A stretch of 64,000 bases of DNA from Narcine bancroftii (GCF_036971445.1 NC_091478.1:4898001-4962000); one strand, 5' to 3'. Counted from the first letter of the stretch, positions 1 to 13,763 are shown. Notes: generated from the letters alone by a model not told the origin. Translations and numbers: made by a program.

Positions 1-266
1 ATGGTGGCGATGTCCTGGTGAAACCTTTCACCACGTTCATAACTCTCTGCACCAAGATCAGCAGTAGAAAATGAATTTTCAATGAAATATTTCATTTCAT
101 GGTTTTGTATACTTGAAATGGTCTTAAAATATGACAGGAAATAGGTTATATCTAAAAAATGATACATGATAGGATATTTTTAAGGGGATTTTCATGATCA
201 GCAGCTCAAAAATCTATAAAATCCACCCAAATGTGTTCAGGAAGTAAAACCTTGGTTGTCCAGTGT
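1..266 (-). mobile_element. DNA transposon remnant (GERFHQDI-type transposase fragment plus terminus), family uncertain
   Basis: Reverse complement of 1-40 reads ERGERFHQDIAT; the segment ends GTTGTCCAGTG followed by TTA. Confidence 0.5.
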
Positions 267-871
267 TATCAATAATATGTAAACAAAATGTATGAAAGTC
301 TGCATGGAAACAATGACAAAAGAACTTATTTGAAAAAAATGACTGCACCATTAAGTGCATTTTATACCCGTCTACACTGGAGAAGGAAAATAATATCAGA
401 AACAGAAGCAAAGAAATGACCAAATTATAATGAGAAAGATGAAAAAAAATATCACTGAAGAAAATACTGGATAAATTAATGGGACCAAATAAATTACATG
501 GCCTTAATATTTTGAATCTCAGAGTTCTGAGAGAGGTGGCTGCAGGCTTGGTAGATTCTTACATGTGCAATTCTCTTAAAGCTCAGTGGGTTAGAGCTCA
601 AACACAATATGTTCCAGTGAGGATAAAAGACAAAGGTCAATAAGGTTTGAAAAACTTGATATAATAAATTTAGTTGAAATGAACAGGAAGCCTATGTAAG
701 GCAAAAATTGGGCAATGTCTTTAATAAGCATAAAAGATTCAAGAAAGAAATTAAACATGGAATTAGGAGAGCTAAAAGAAGACATAAAATATCCTTGTAG
801 GTTTAGGAATAATCCCATAGTATTTTATACATATATTGGGAGCAAGATTATGGCAAAAGATAGGTCCACTT

Positions 872-1098
872 GGGACAACATGGTTAGCACAGCAGTTAGT
901 GTAATGCTGTTACTGCACCAGCAACCTGGGTTCAAATCTGGTTCTGTCCTTCTCCCTGTGTCTGCATGGGTTTCCTCTGGGTGCTCTGGTTTCCTTCCAC
1001 CCTTGAAAACATATGGGAGTTGTAGGTCAATTGGGTGTAGTACGGTGACATGGGCTCTTGGGCCAGAAGAGCCTGTTACCATGCTGTATGTCTAAATT
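872..1098 (+). mobile_element. tRNA-derived V-SINE (HE1-like)
   Basis: A/B-box-like head (tggttagcac...gggttcaaatc), V-core (tgggtttcctctgggtgctctggtttcc) and tail (gcctgttaccatgctgtatgtctaaa). Partial relatives at about 11124-11245(-), 15590-15660(+) and 38266-38445(-). Confidence 0.8.
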
Positions 1099-1275
1099 TT
1101 ATCTTTTTTTTTAAGTTAAAAGATTTAAATTTAAATATAAAAAAATAAATTCAAAGGTGGGGGGGTGGGGGGGAGTGAGAATGTAAGGAACCAAAGGATT
1201 TAGACAATATCCTTTGCATTGGTATTCACCAAGGAGAAGGACATGGTTAATGATATGGATGCTGATACTCTAGGT

Positions 1276-1645
1276 CAGGAGTTCTCAATCTTTTTCTTTT
1301 CACTCACATCCCACTTTAAGTAATCCCTAGGCCATGAGTGCTCTGTGATTAGTAAGGGATTGCTCAAGGTGGTATGTAGATGGAAAGAAAAATTTTGTGT
1401 TGTTTTAATCGTACCTCATTGACTCGTTATGTGCATAGTTTCAGAACTCCAAAGGAAATGGGCCAATGACAATTTTTCTCAAGGAAAATATTTCAGTAAC
1501 AATTGGGTCTAGAGCAGTGATTCTCAACCTTCCCTTCCCACTCACATATCACCTTAAGCAATCCCTTATTAATCACAGAGCACCGATGACCGAGGGAATA
1601 CTTAAAGTGGTACGTGAGTGGAAAGAAAAAGGTTGAGAACCACTG
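1276..1645. mobile_element. hAT-Charlie-type composite MITE, copy 1
   Basis: TIRs CAG..GTTCTCAA / TTGAGAACCACTG; imperfect 8-bp TSD ctctaggt/acctaggt. Confidence 0.85.
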
Positions 1646-2003
1646 ACCTAGGTCACATCAATATTAAGGAGGAGGTTGAGTCTCTTTAAAAAAACTATTG
1701 AGGTACATGATCCTAGGGCCTGATTGGATGTATTCCAAGGTACGGAGAGAGACAAAGGAGAAGATTGTTGAGGGCTTGACCAAGATATTTGTATTTTTTT
1801 AAATCTATGAGTACTCTTCCAGAAAACTGAAGAATAGCCAAAGTTCTTCCTTTATTCAGGAAGGGCAACAGACATAATCGAAGAAATTGAAAATCGGCAA
1901 ATCTTTTTACATCAGTGGTAGAGGAATTAATGGAGAAGAATTTAGGGACAGGAGTTAATCACATTTGAAAAATCATGGACTTATTAGGCATAGTTCAGCA
2001 GGG

Positions 2004-2278
2004 CTTTGTGCAGAGGAGGTCCTGCCTCACAGGCTTTGGGCAGAGGAGGTCCTGCCTCACAAACTTTGGGCAGAGGAGGTCCTGCCTCACAAACTTTGGG
2101 CAGAGGAGGTCCTGCCTCACAGGCTTTGGGCAGAGGAGGTCCTGCCTCACAAACTTTGGGCAGAGGAGGTCCTGCCTCACAAACTTTGGGCAGAGGAGGT
2201 CCTGCCTCACAAACTTTGTGCAGAGGAGGTCCTGCCTCACAAACTTTGGGCAGAGGAGGTCCTGCCTCACAAACTTTG
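2004..2278. repeat. 9 x 30-bp minisatellite derived from CR1 RT coding sequence
   Basis: Unit ctttgggcagaggaggtcctgcctcacaaa, with cores every 30 bp from 2011 to 2251. Confidence 0.95.
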
Positions 2279-3689
2279 AGAGGCAGCAAAACGATTGATG
2301 AAGTTAAGGAAGTAGAGAAGTGCATGTGGTCTACATCCACAACATAATTCATTTAACAAGGTCCCTCATGCTAAGCTGATCAAAGAGATTACATCTCAAG
2401 GGATCCACTGTGAATTATCAAGTTTAGTGTCATCTGACTGTACAGCGTTTCCTCGGGCCTCTGTGTAAAATATGCAGTCAGAAAACACGTACAGGGAAAC
2501 AATACATCAATACATGTATTCATCAAATCAACTAAACAAATAACTTTTCATGAATAGGGGAGTCTCGGATGGTTAGTGTGAGCAGTCCCTTGGATTGTTC
2601 AGCCATCTCACTGCCTTGTGGATACAAAATTTGCTTCATCAGAGATGATAAAGGGTAGTGCTAGATGAGTGTTTCTTTAATTTCCTTCTCATTTAACTTC
2701 ACAAGCAAGTTGTAAGAGTTTACTCATCACAATTCCTTGCAAAATTGTAAATGGATTCAAAATAGAATTTAATTAGAGTGCCAATCATGAGAACATTTAA
2801 TTTTCCCTGAGTTCAAAGTGAAAGAAGAGAGAATAAAGAAAGACTTGTAATTACACAGCTCTTTTCTAGGCTTTGCAAAGTGTGACACAGCCAATTAAAT
2901 TCCTTTGAAGTATGTTCATTCTTGAACTGTTTGAAACAGCAGCAAATCTGTGCACAGAAAGCTCAATTTACAATACAATTGTAATTAGATAGTTCCCATG
3001 TGATTGATTGGTAGCTTAATTTGACCAAGACACTAAGGTGTAACTTCCAAGCTCTTAATTTCAGTGACTCAGCTACTGAGCTGCATTCCCCATTGTTGAT
3101 CCACAATGAGGATAAATGTATGGATTTACCAGATGCATCAACAAATCCTGTTTAAGTCTTGCAAAAAAACCCCAACATTTCTGAGCATATTTACTCTGGA
3201 TGCTAAAGGGGATGGCAAAACAACACTCAATCTGCTCTTCACAGATAGTCTTCAGTAGTACTGCCTGTGTTGTTTCAGATTCAAGAAGTCTGCAGGGAGT
3301 GGCAGGTACTAAAGGGCTTAATCTCAAGGCTTCTGGTCTGACTATTTGCTCCCAAGATAAAGATGGATTAATAGGTTCTTTACTCAAAGGATAGCATATT
3401 GATCAAATGAGCAGAGATCTTGCAGCATTTTTAAAAAAAAAAGTTATTGGATTGAGAAAAAGGCAGCGGCTTCCAGCAGGCGGCTCAGAGAGCAAAGTTC
3501 CCTCCTGAATTCTAATGAGGAAAAGCATATGGCTTGTAATTACACTATAATTAACAATAATGCCCTCTTATAAAATTGAGCAAATTCTCCTTTCACAACT
3601 CCAAACACAGAGCAAAGTGGAAATTGTGTTGCCAGTGACTGTCCAAGTCACCATGCATGAAGTTTCATACATCAGAATATAGAATCTTC

Positions 3690-4397
3690 ACATCAATAAT
3701 TGAACTCATTTAGTCAATTGAACTTGGACAAGGTGAGGTCAGTATAGAACAAACTTAAGTGCTGGAGCAAGTTGAGGTTAAGAAAGAAAACATGCAGGAT
3801 CTTCTTTAAAACATTACAACTGATGTTGCCGAGACCACAGAAAATGTACCCCAGGTCACTAAAGGAAGTGAGGAAAGAGATTTCTAGGGTTTTAGATCTT
3901 TGCGTCCTCCCTGGCCTCAGAAGAAGTACCAGAGGACTGGAAAGTGGCAAATGCAGTCACCTTATAATAAGGAGAATCCTGCAAATTATAGACCATGGAG
4001 TCCTTCGTCAGTGATGCTCAAACTATTGGACAAGTGTTAAGAGAAGCTGAGGTCTCTCAGGAGTTGTCAGCAGATGGAATAGTAGATGAACTGTATTCAG
4101 GGTGGATAATGCCTCATGAACCTAATTGAATTTTTTGGGGAAGTAAAAGAAATTGATGAAGGTAGGGCGGTAGATGTGGTATATGTGGATTTTAGTGAGA
4201 CATTTGACAAGTTCCATTTGTGGTAAACTCATTCAGAAAGACATGAGGCATGGGATCCATGGAAATTTGGCTTTGTGGATTCAGAATTGGCTTGCCTACA
4301 GAAAGCAGAGGATAGTAGTAGATGGAATGTATTCTGTCTCGAGGTTAGTGACAAGTGGAGTTCTACAGGGATCTGTTCTGGGACCCCAAATCTTTGT

Positions 4398-4435
<38 letters not shown>

Positions 4436-7400
4436 AAGCGAGCTGCCCACCAGGCTCACCTTACAAAGCCGTCCTGTCCAGAGAAGAAACAAGCCTTCCG
4501 TCGCGCATGCAGCCATCTTCAGCGCAAACTCCGGGAGATCCAAAATGAGTGGTGGACTAGCCTCGCCAAACGAACACAGCTCAGCGCGGACATTGGCGAC
4601 TTCAGGGGTTTCTACGAGGCTCTAAAGGCTGTGTACGGCCCCTCACCCCAAGTCCAAAGCCCGCTGCGCAGCTCAGACGGCAAAGTCCTCCTCAGCGACA
4701 AGATCTCCATCCTCAACCGATGGTCAGAACACTTCCAATCTCTTTTCAGTACCAACCGCTCAGTCCAAGATTCCGCCCTGCTCCAGCTCCCTCAACAGCC
4801 CCTAAGGCTAGAGCTGGATGAGGTTCCCACCCTGGATGAGACATATAAGGCAATCGAACAACTGAAAAGTGGCAAAGCAGCAGGTATGGATGGAATCCCC
4901 CCAGAAGTCTGGAAGGTTGGCGGCAAAACTCTGCATGCCAAACTGCATGAGTTTTTCAAGCTTTGTTGGGACCAAGGTAAACTGCCTCAGGATCTTCGTG
5001 ATGCCACCATCATCACCCTGTACAAAAACAAAGGCGAGAAATCAGACTGCTCAAACTACAGGGGAATCACGTTGCTCTCCATTGCAGGCAAAATCTTCGC
5101 TAGGATTCTACTAAATAGAATAATACCTAGTGTCGCTGAGAATATTCTCCCAGAATCACAGTGCGGCTTTCGCGCAAACAGAGGAACCACTGACATGGTC
5201 TTTGCCCTCAGACAGCTCCAAGAAAAGTGTAGAGAACAAAACAAAGGACTCTACATCACCTTTGTTGACCTCACCAAAGCCTTCGACACCGTGAGCAGGA
5301 AAGGGCTTTGGCAAATACTAGAGCGCATCGGATGTCCCCCAAAGTTCCTCAACATGATTATCCAACTGCACGAAAACCAACAAGGTCGGGTCAGATACAG
5401 CAATGAGCTCTCTGAACCCTTCTCCATTAACAATGGCGTGAAGCAAGGCTGTGTTCTCGCACCAACCCTCTTTTCAATCTTCTTCAGCATGATGCTGAAC
5501 CAAGCCATGAAAGACCCCAACAATGAAGACGCTGTTTACATCCGGTACCGCACGGATGGCAGTCTCTTCAATCTGAGGCGCCTGCAAGCTCACACCAAGA
5601 CACAAGAGAAACTTGTCCGTGAACTACTCTTTGCAGATGATGCCGCTTTAGTTGCCCATTCAGAGCCAGCTCTTCAGCGCTTGACGTCCTGCTTTGCGGA
5701 AACTGCCAAAATGTTTGGCCTGGAAGTCAGCCTGAAGAAAACTGAGGTCCTCCATCAGCCAGCTCCCCACCATGACTACCAGCCCCCCCACATCTCCATC
5801 GGGCACACAAAACTCAAAACGGTCAACCAGTTTACCTATCTCGGCTGCACCATTTCATCAGATGCAAGGATCGACAATGAGATAGACAACAGACTCGCCA
5901 AGGCAAATAGCGCCTTTGGAAGACTACACAAAAGAGTCTGGAAAAACAACCAACTGAAAAACCTCACAAAGATAAGTGTATACAGAGCCGTTGTCATACC
6001 CACACTCCTGTTCGGCTCCGAATCATGGGTCCTCTACCGGCACCACCTACGGCTCCTAGAACGCTTCCACCAGCGTTGTCTCCGCTCCATCCTCAACATC
6101 CATTGGAGCGCTCACACCCCTAACGTCGAGGTACTCGAGATGGCAGAGGTCGACAGCATCGAGTCCACGCTGCTGAAGATCCAGCTGCGCTGGATGGGTC
6201 ACGTCTCCAGAATGGAGGACCATCGCCTTCCCAAGATCGTATTATATGGCGAGCTCTCCACTGGCCACCGTGACAGAGGTGCACCAAAGAAAAGGTACAA
6301 GGACTGCCTAAAGAAATCTCTTGGTGCCTGCCACATTGACCACCGCCAGTGGGCTGATAACGCCTCAAACCGTGCATCTTGGCGTCTCACAGTTTGGCGG
6401 GCAGCAGCCTCCTTTGAAGAAGACCGCAGAGCCCACCTCACTGACAAAAGGCAAAGGAGGAAAAACCCAACACCCAACCCCAACCAACCAATTTTCCCTT
6501 GCAACCGCTGCAATCGTGTCTGCCTGTCCCGCATCGGACTGGTCAGCCACAAACGAGCCTGCAGCTGACGTGGACTTTTTTACCCCCTCCATAAATCTTC
6601 GTCCGCGAAGCCAAGCCAAAGAAAAGATATATGTATATAAACGACCTGGACAAAGAATTAGAAGGATGGGTCAGTAAGTTTGCAGATGGCACAAAGGTTG
6701 GAAGTTTTGTGGATAGTATAGCAGTTTGCCATAGATTACAACAGGATTCGACAGGATGCAAAGTGGGTGGAGTCATGGCAGATGGAGTTCAATCCAGATA
6801 AATGTGAAGTGATGCCTTTTGGAAGGTCAAACTTGAAGAGTATATGGTTAATGGCAGGATTCTTAATAGTGTGGCAGAACTAAAAGACCTTGTGAGAAAA
6901 TCCATAGACTCTCAAGGTGGCCCCACAGGTTGATAGGGTAGTTAAGGTTTATGGTGTTCTGGCCTTCATTAATAGGGGGATTGAGTTTAAGAGTCGAGAG
7001 GTAATGTGACAACTCAATGAAACTCTGGTTTGACCATACTTGGAATACGGTTCAGTTCTGGTTGCCTCATTACAAAAGGATGTGGAAGCTATGGAGACTG
7101 TGTTGAGTAGATTTACCAGGATGTAACCTGGATTGGAGAACATGTCATATGACGCAACATAAGATAGAGCTAGGGCTTTTCTCTTTCGAGCAAAGGATGA
7201 AAAGTAATTTAATAGGGTCAATAAGATTATGACAGGCAAAAATAGGATGGAGAGCTAGCACCTTTTCCCCAGGACAGGAATGGCAGACACCAGAGGACAT
7301 CTGTATAAGGTGAAGGGAGGAAAGTTTAAGGGAGACACCAGGGGTAAGTTTTATTTTTATACAGAGGGTGCCTTGAATGTGTTGCAGGGGATGGTGGCAG

Positions 7401-7560
7401 AGGTTGGTACAATAGAGACATTTAAAAGATTCTTGGATGCAAGAAAAATTTAGGGCTAGGGATGTGAGGAAGGAAAGGTTTAGATTGTTGAGTAGGTTTA
7501 TGTAGCTTGCCACAAAATCATGAGCTGTAGAGCCTGTACTGTGCTGTAATATTCCATGTC
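3690..7560 (+). mobile_element. Decayed CR1 LINE (RT domain to 3' end) split by an RTE insertion
   Basis: WIQNWL, SGVLQGSVLGP..FVI before the RTE; YINDLD..VSKFADGTK after it; 3' tail gcctgtactgtgctgtaa. Confidence 0.85.
4430..6626 (+). mobile_element. Young 5'-truncated RTE-clade LINE with an uninterrupted RT ORF (stop at 6568)
   Basis: About 710 codons with no stop; RT motifs QCGFR, FVDLTKAFDTV, GVKQGC, LFADD; C-terminal CxxC..H..C knuckle; short 3' UTR ending GCCAAGCCAAAGAA; no endonuclease domain. Confidence 0.95.
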
Positions 7561-8627
7561 ATGCACTTAGTTTCATATTTTCCCCATTTCTCCATCGCCG
7601 TCCAATTATTTTTCTTTCAAGCACCTATAAATTTCCATTTTGAACCCTTCAAGTTGAAGCAAATATTATTTGAGCTATCTCATGGTTTCCTGTCCTTTCC
7701 CATATAGGTCACTCTGTTCAGTGAGGGTTTTGCACACTTTAGGTGGAAGTCAAAATGATCATACTTCAGAGTTCTTCTGAGATATACAACAACTAAAGGA
7801 ATGTCACAATCCCAATGTACAGGTGGAGTGTGACAATACAATCCTGTCTGCAGGCATAGTTCCTTCACGGAAATCACCATGACCAACCAAAGAATGATAC
7901 TACACAGCCAAAATTTATGGATGCCTCGTGATCCTGGTGTAATCCAAGCATACATAGAAAACAAACAATGATGAATGTCTTGCTGCTCCACAAAATGTGA
8001 TTCAACAGAGCTTGCTGAAATAATGACTCTGTGGGCTGGAAAGTACTTGCTTGCTAGAGGAGGGAGCCAAGCATCATGGCCATGACAATAACTTCCACAA
8101 CCACATCACCAACCCTTGGTAACAGAAGGAGTACAAAAAAAAGAGGCAACTTGGAAATTCCTCTCTAGTTAAATTATCAATAAATAACTCTCATCCTTCC
8201 TCCCAATTCCAATTTCTGAAAAATTCTTTCCTTCCCCCTTTTGCTGACTGTGATGAAGTATGCACATTGGGAAAAAAATGCATGAAAATATAAGTTTATA
8301 TCTGGAAGTATGAAAATTACATGAACATTCAACTACTCACGCTTGTGAATTTCCATAATGCCCATCTTGTTCACCATTCCTGGGTGCCCAACGTAAGCCT
8401 ATCACAATGTCTGGAGCATTGTGGTGACAACTGCAGAAGGAAACTGGAAATGAGCCGGAAGGCCTAATGTTGAACAACAGCAATCAGGGCAGCCATGAAG
8501 AGATGCACGGAAATGGAAGAGCAGATTCAAACAACGGAGCTCCTACTATTCATTGGTTGCTGAAGACAAATGGATCAGAGGTCAATCCACAGGACCAAAA
8601 GAGTGGCAGAGAGTCTCCTTCCCCCCC

Positions 8628-9240
8628 TACTGGTGTGAAACCATGAGAGGGGGTGACACCAAAATTACTGTCTATAAAACCTTTGTGCAGTGTTTCAGCA
8701 GAAATTTTTAAGTTTTATAATATCCCTGTAGTTAGTTATAACAAACATTTTTTTTATAATCCCATCTTACATGTATCAATATACCTACAACGCTAAAACT
8801 CGACGCTCATTTACCTTTAGAACCTTCTAATGTGCTCCGGTCAGAGATGTCATTATTATCCAATTACAATGTTGATGCGAATCACATGATTTTGTCTGCG
8901 CACACTACAATCACACGTTGTTTTCGTTGCTGCTTTTTTCAAATTTTCAGTTGTTTTAGCTACAATATTGTGGTCATTAGTAAAACACATTTAGGCTGTG
9001 TGAATGATATTGGAATTTAAAGATGTGATTTTAATTTTGCTAGTTGTTTATCTCACGACTATTGCAGTTACATTCAGAGATATACGGGAATTATGATTTA
9101 CAAGTAACATTAGTACAAAAAACATTAAGGATTCTGTATGGTCTAGTTTGGGAGGAGGTCCATGGTGGGGGAAGAGGAGGGGGAGTGGTGACACCATGAG
9201 TTACCACACTGGGCGACATCAACCCAAAGTGATGCCACTG
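8628..9240. mobile_element. Non-autonomous hAT-like DNA element nested in a Rex1/Babar-like 3' end (host about 8560-9592)
   Basis: Repeated GGTGACACC subterminal motifs; terminus AGTGATGCCACTG; host LINE tail resumes immediately after. Confidence 0.5.
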
Positions 9241-10096
9241 CTCCACCCCATCAACGTGATCTACCAGGATCTTTATCTGAAGAGGGCATGCAATATCATG
9301 GAGGACCCCTTCCGCCCCACACATAGCATTTTACACCTGCTCCCATTGGATGCAGGAGTATCAGAGCCAGTGCCACCAGACTGAGAAACAGCTTTTTACC
9401 ATGGGTAGAGAGAATGCTGAACAACATCAATCATCTGAGACTCATCGAATTTATGAAACAATATTTATTTATTTATACGTATGAATACTTGTCCTGCACA
9501 TGTATTATTTGTGTGCTATGTCTGGCTGCAAGGTCCAGAGAATACTCTTTAGTCAGATTGTACTCGTGCAATCAGATGACATGCTTGACTTGAGCTCATC
9601 TGAGTAGAAACCTTGAGGTTATGCTCTTTAATACCCGACTCTCCACTCCACTGCAGGACAGGCACAACAGAGATGGAAGCACATTGGCTTGTACGTTGTT
9701 GGTAGTTGCCTTCTAATGTCCTCAGCGCTGACACCAGACACCATGATGTTTCATGGCATCGTGGGCAAGGCAACTTCCTCTTGAGTACCACTGCCAACTA
9801 ACCTATTGAATAAACACCTGAAAGGAGCACAAAAAATAGCTGGATCCTTTAAAGCTCTTTTCCATTTTCCTGCTTATTGACCACAAATGATTGGTGTCAC
9901 ATCACAAGCAGAATGGCCTCATGTACATATTACTTCAAAGTAATGCATAGCATTAATACCAGAACCAGTTATATTTACTCGTGATTATATGCCTTTGTCT
10001 TTTGTTCTTTAAACTAGGTTGAGATCATTGGGTATCTAATAGGAAAAAGGGTTTAAGAGTGTAGTTCAGATGAGTTGAGGAGATAAAGCAAGGGAC

Positions 10097-10680
10097 AGAA
10101 TCAGAATTTATTGTCATGAACAGGTCACAAAATTTGTTGGTTTGCGGCAGCGTCACACAGCAAACATTCATATAAACCATCTTACAAAAATAAACGTGCT
10201 TGAAAAGTCAAAGGAAGGCAGAGTCTGTGGATCATTGATCATTCAGGAATCTGTTGGCAGTGGGGAAGAAGCTGTCCTTGTGTCGCCGAGTGGTCATCTT
10301 TAGGCTCCTGTACCCACTTTCCACTGGTAGCAGAGTGAAGAGGGCATAACCTTAGTGGTGGTAGTCTTTGAGGATAAAGGCTGGTTTCTTAAGACACTGC
10401 CTCTTGTAAACATCCTTGATGGAGTGAAGACTGATGCCTGTGATGTTGCAGGTCGAGTTAACAACCCTCTAGAGTTTTCTTTTGCCCTGAGCATTGGTGC
10501 ATCAGTACCAGACAGTGATGCAATCATCCAGAATGCTCTCCACAGTAATATTAATATTAATAATATTCCGAATCTTCTCAAACAACTCACAAAGTATAGC
10601 CACTGGCAAGCCTTCTTCATGATTACATCGACATGGAGACTCCAGGACAGATCCTCAAAGTAAACACGCAAGTTTATTTT
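10097..10680 (-). mobile_element. Rex1/Babar-like LINE 3' fragment
   Basis: LSWSLHVDVIMKKACQWLYF..LRRFG and a (ATTCTG)-type tail. Related tails at about 26600-27068(+), 27561-28005(-) and 63537-63825(-). Confidence 0.65.
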
Positions 10681-12577
10681 TAAAACGTACGTGCTTACAC
10701 AGCGCATAAGATAGAAAACCCCGTAGGCTGATGGAGAAAGAGGAATGGATATTTTCATCTTTGATGGTTTCAGGAAGAGACAGTGTAGAATTCAGCTATT
10801 GCATACAGCAATACACATCCAGTAATCACATTTTATCATCCCTATGCCTGTTTTCAGGGAAATGTAATTTAGTTCCACCCACTCCCAGGTGCCTCAATGA
10901 AGATTCTACCATATAATTGGTTGAAATACCTCTTTGCTTCTTTCTCCTTACAAACATTCTAGATTCTTCGCAGATGTTGACTGCTTACATGCATTTGGTA
11001 AAATAAAACCTTCTCTGCTCACTGTAAATTCTAGACCAATATAGTGACAAATTAACAAGGTGCATTTGACAGTAAATAAACACTTGTTGATCAATAAATA
11101 AGTAAATAGATAATCTTACATAAATTTAGACAGACAGCACAGTAACAGGTCATTTCGTTCCATGAGTCCGTGCTGCCCAATTTGCACCACCTTAATCTAC
11201 ACCCCAGCTACATTTTGAACATTAGGAGGAAACCGGAGCCCCTGAGATATACATGGCATAAAATTGCAGCAAACTCATTGACCCAATTTTCATTTCCTTG
11301 TGTTTGTGCTTCGCTCATTCTTTCCCCATTCTTTCTTCAGTGAATCTGTTGATCAACACACCCCACAAATAGTATCTCGGTTCCCCTTGAATGTATTTGT
11401 GAGATTTACCTTATTTACTTCTTAGCTGTTGAATTATTAGTGACATATTCTGATGACCCACTGCACTGGGTTTCCTACAAGTGCAAAATTTCCAAACTAA
11501 AGATGGGATTAAATTAATGAGGAAAAACACTTTTCAATACCCCCTCCCAGTAAAAATATCGAGATTTAAATAAAATGCATAAATGATGAGCTTCACAAAA
11601 TGCAATTAGAAATGGTGTTCAATTGAACATTGAATATTAATGCTCCCACAGAGTTGTGAGTCTGCCCTCTTATTTCTCTGTAGTCAAATATATATCTCTG
11701 TATGAGAAAGACAGGTTTTTCAGACTAATTTCAAGGTATTTTAATAAAATTTTTTAAATATGATACATTTAATTGCTTGATAAATAAATGTAAAATGATA
11801 TTACGAGGAAATCCAAAAAAGCTGTGGAAGCATTGACCCTTTACGAATTCTTCAATAATTAGGCAATCGTCTCATCATGCTTTGTTTCACAAGAACATCT
11901 GAAATAAAAGTGAAAGTAGGGAATCTGGGCCATCGAGCTTGCTCTGTTAATTTAAAAAGATCATGGCTAATCTGTCCATGGATTAGTTCCACTTACCCGC
12001 CTCTTCCACAGAACCCTCAATTCCCCTGTTATTCAAAAATATATCTACCATATCTGTATCTTAAATACATTTCACTGGAGAGAGAAAAACACATTCATTA
12101 CCCTCTGGAAGAAACAGTTTCTCCTTATCTCTCCTGAATCTTAAGGTTGTGTCCCCTAGTGCTCTCAACTCCTGCCAACCTCTCTGCTTCTATCTTATCT
12201 ATTCTTTTTATAGCTTTGTTTCATAAGATTCCCCCTTCATCCTTTTAAAATCAAATCAGTGTAATTCCAGGTTACTCAATCTCTCCTCATCAGCTAACCT
12301 CCTAATTTCCAGAATCAACCTGACGAACCTCCTCTGCACAACTTGCAAAGCCAGGAGACCAGAACTGCAGATGTTCCTCCAGTGTGACCTCACCAGTACC
12401 CTGTACGGTTACAGAAAAACATCCCTGCTCTGAAGTTCAGCTCCTCAAGCAATGGAGGACATTATCCCATTTCCCTCTATGGTTACCTGTTGCATGTATA
12501 AACGAGCCAGCCCATGTCTCTCTGCACAAAAGCATGCCACAATTTTTTCACCATTTAAATCAGTGTATTTAAACACT

Positions 12578-12760
12578 AAAAGGCAAAGGAGGAAAAACCC
12601 AACACCCAACCCCAACCAACCAATTTTCCCCTGCAACCGCTGCAATCGTGTCTGCCTGTCCCGCATCGGACTTGTCAGCCACAAACGAGCCTGCAGCTGA
12701 CGTGGACTTTTTACCCCCTCCATAAATCTTCGTCCGTGAAGCCAAGCCAAAGAAGAAAGA
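12578..12760 (+). mobile_element. RTE 3' tail fragment
   Basis: Near-identical to the end of the RTE at 6445-6626. Confidence 0.92.
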
Positions 12761-12784
12761 ATTCTCAACTAATAATTTCTTAAA

Positions 12785-13400
12785 TATTTTATTAAAAATG
12801 TTTTGATACATGTAATTAATAAACAATTATACAAAACAGTAAATGTTTAAATTTAAGAAAACTTCAATCATTACATGATGGTTATAAACTCTCACCTCCC
12901 ACAAAAATTTATATGCAAAAAAGAGAATATATTGTAATACAAAGTTAAAAAAAAAGGAAAAGTAAATAACTTCATCAATTGCTCAGCGGGTCGCTTTCCA
13001 ACACACAGGACTCCAGCAAACGTTGTTATGATCAATTCAGGGAAGAGGATTGACATGGGTCTCGAGAAGCTAATAATTCTTAAGCAAATAATTATTTCCT
13101 CAGCAAAGATAGTGATTCCTTCACATTATAACTGGAAAATGCACCCCACGATGTTGTAGATGTGCATCTGAAGCTCTGAGAAACCTCTGTAATTGGTTCA
13201 GATCAAACACGATGCCAGGAATGATTTTATTGCCCTTCTCTAGTTCAGGGGTACTTCTCTCCTGGAGTCCAGAGAGACTAAATTCTTTCGCTTGCTTCTC
13301 AATAAGTCTACTCTAAAACATTTTTTTCTTCAAGAGTGTCTTGTTTCCTCTTGAATGAGCACTTAATGGAAAACACAACTCCTGCCAGGAACAGACATAA
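12785..13400 (-). mobile_element. Decayed L1-ORF1-like remnant running directly into an AT-rich polyA-type end
   Basis: Weak motifs RSKRKNL.LSGLQE, SYNVKE and ILFPEL.IT resemble the L1 ORF1 RRM/CTD. Confidence 0.35.
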
Positions 13401-13763
13401 ATAATGTCAATCTTCTAAGCTAGTTTGATACTGTACACTGTTCTCTGCTAAAGATTTCGGTAAAAAAATTTACGCTTGCTTTTCCAAAAATATGCAAAAT
13501 GCTCACTTTTCTGACCTGGTGATGTTCAAAAATGGAAACTGATTTGCTCATGTTTTCAGTTACTTCCCATTTGTAAAGCTGCCTGTAGAAAGTATGGCAA
13601 AAATCAATGGATTATTGAGGCAAGGTTCAGGAATCAAAATTCCATTTATTGTCAGACACGTGAGAGACTGCAGACACTAGAATTTGGAGTAGCACACAAT
13701 CTACTCAGTGGTTTGACAGCAGCAGTGAGAAATAATAGAATTGTCAACATTGCAGGCCAGAAT

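Larger units (their letters stand above)
330..2665 (+). mobile_element. Decayed CR1 LINE ORF2 fragments interrupted by a SINE, a MITE and a minisatellite
   Basis: Remnants such as FYTYIGSK, FALVFTKE and QQGFVQRRSCLTN (CR1 QHGF..GRSCLTN), with many stops and frameshifts. Confidence 0.75.

Noticed and set aside
1965-2352. 30-bp repeats as a CRISPR array or repeat protein
   Set aside because: Head-to-tail units with no unique spacers, no cas genes, eukaryotic context, and derived from CR1.
4355-4430. N-terminus of the 737-aa ORF as a real start
   Set aside because: It is CR1 flank plus (AT)n read in frame by chance; the RTE is 5'-truncated.
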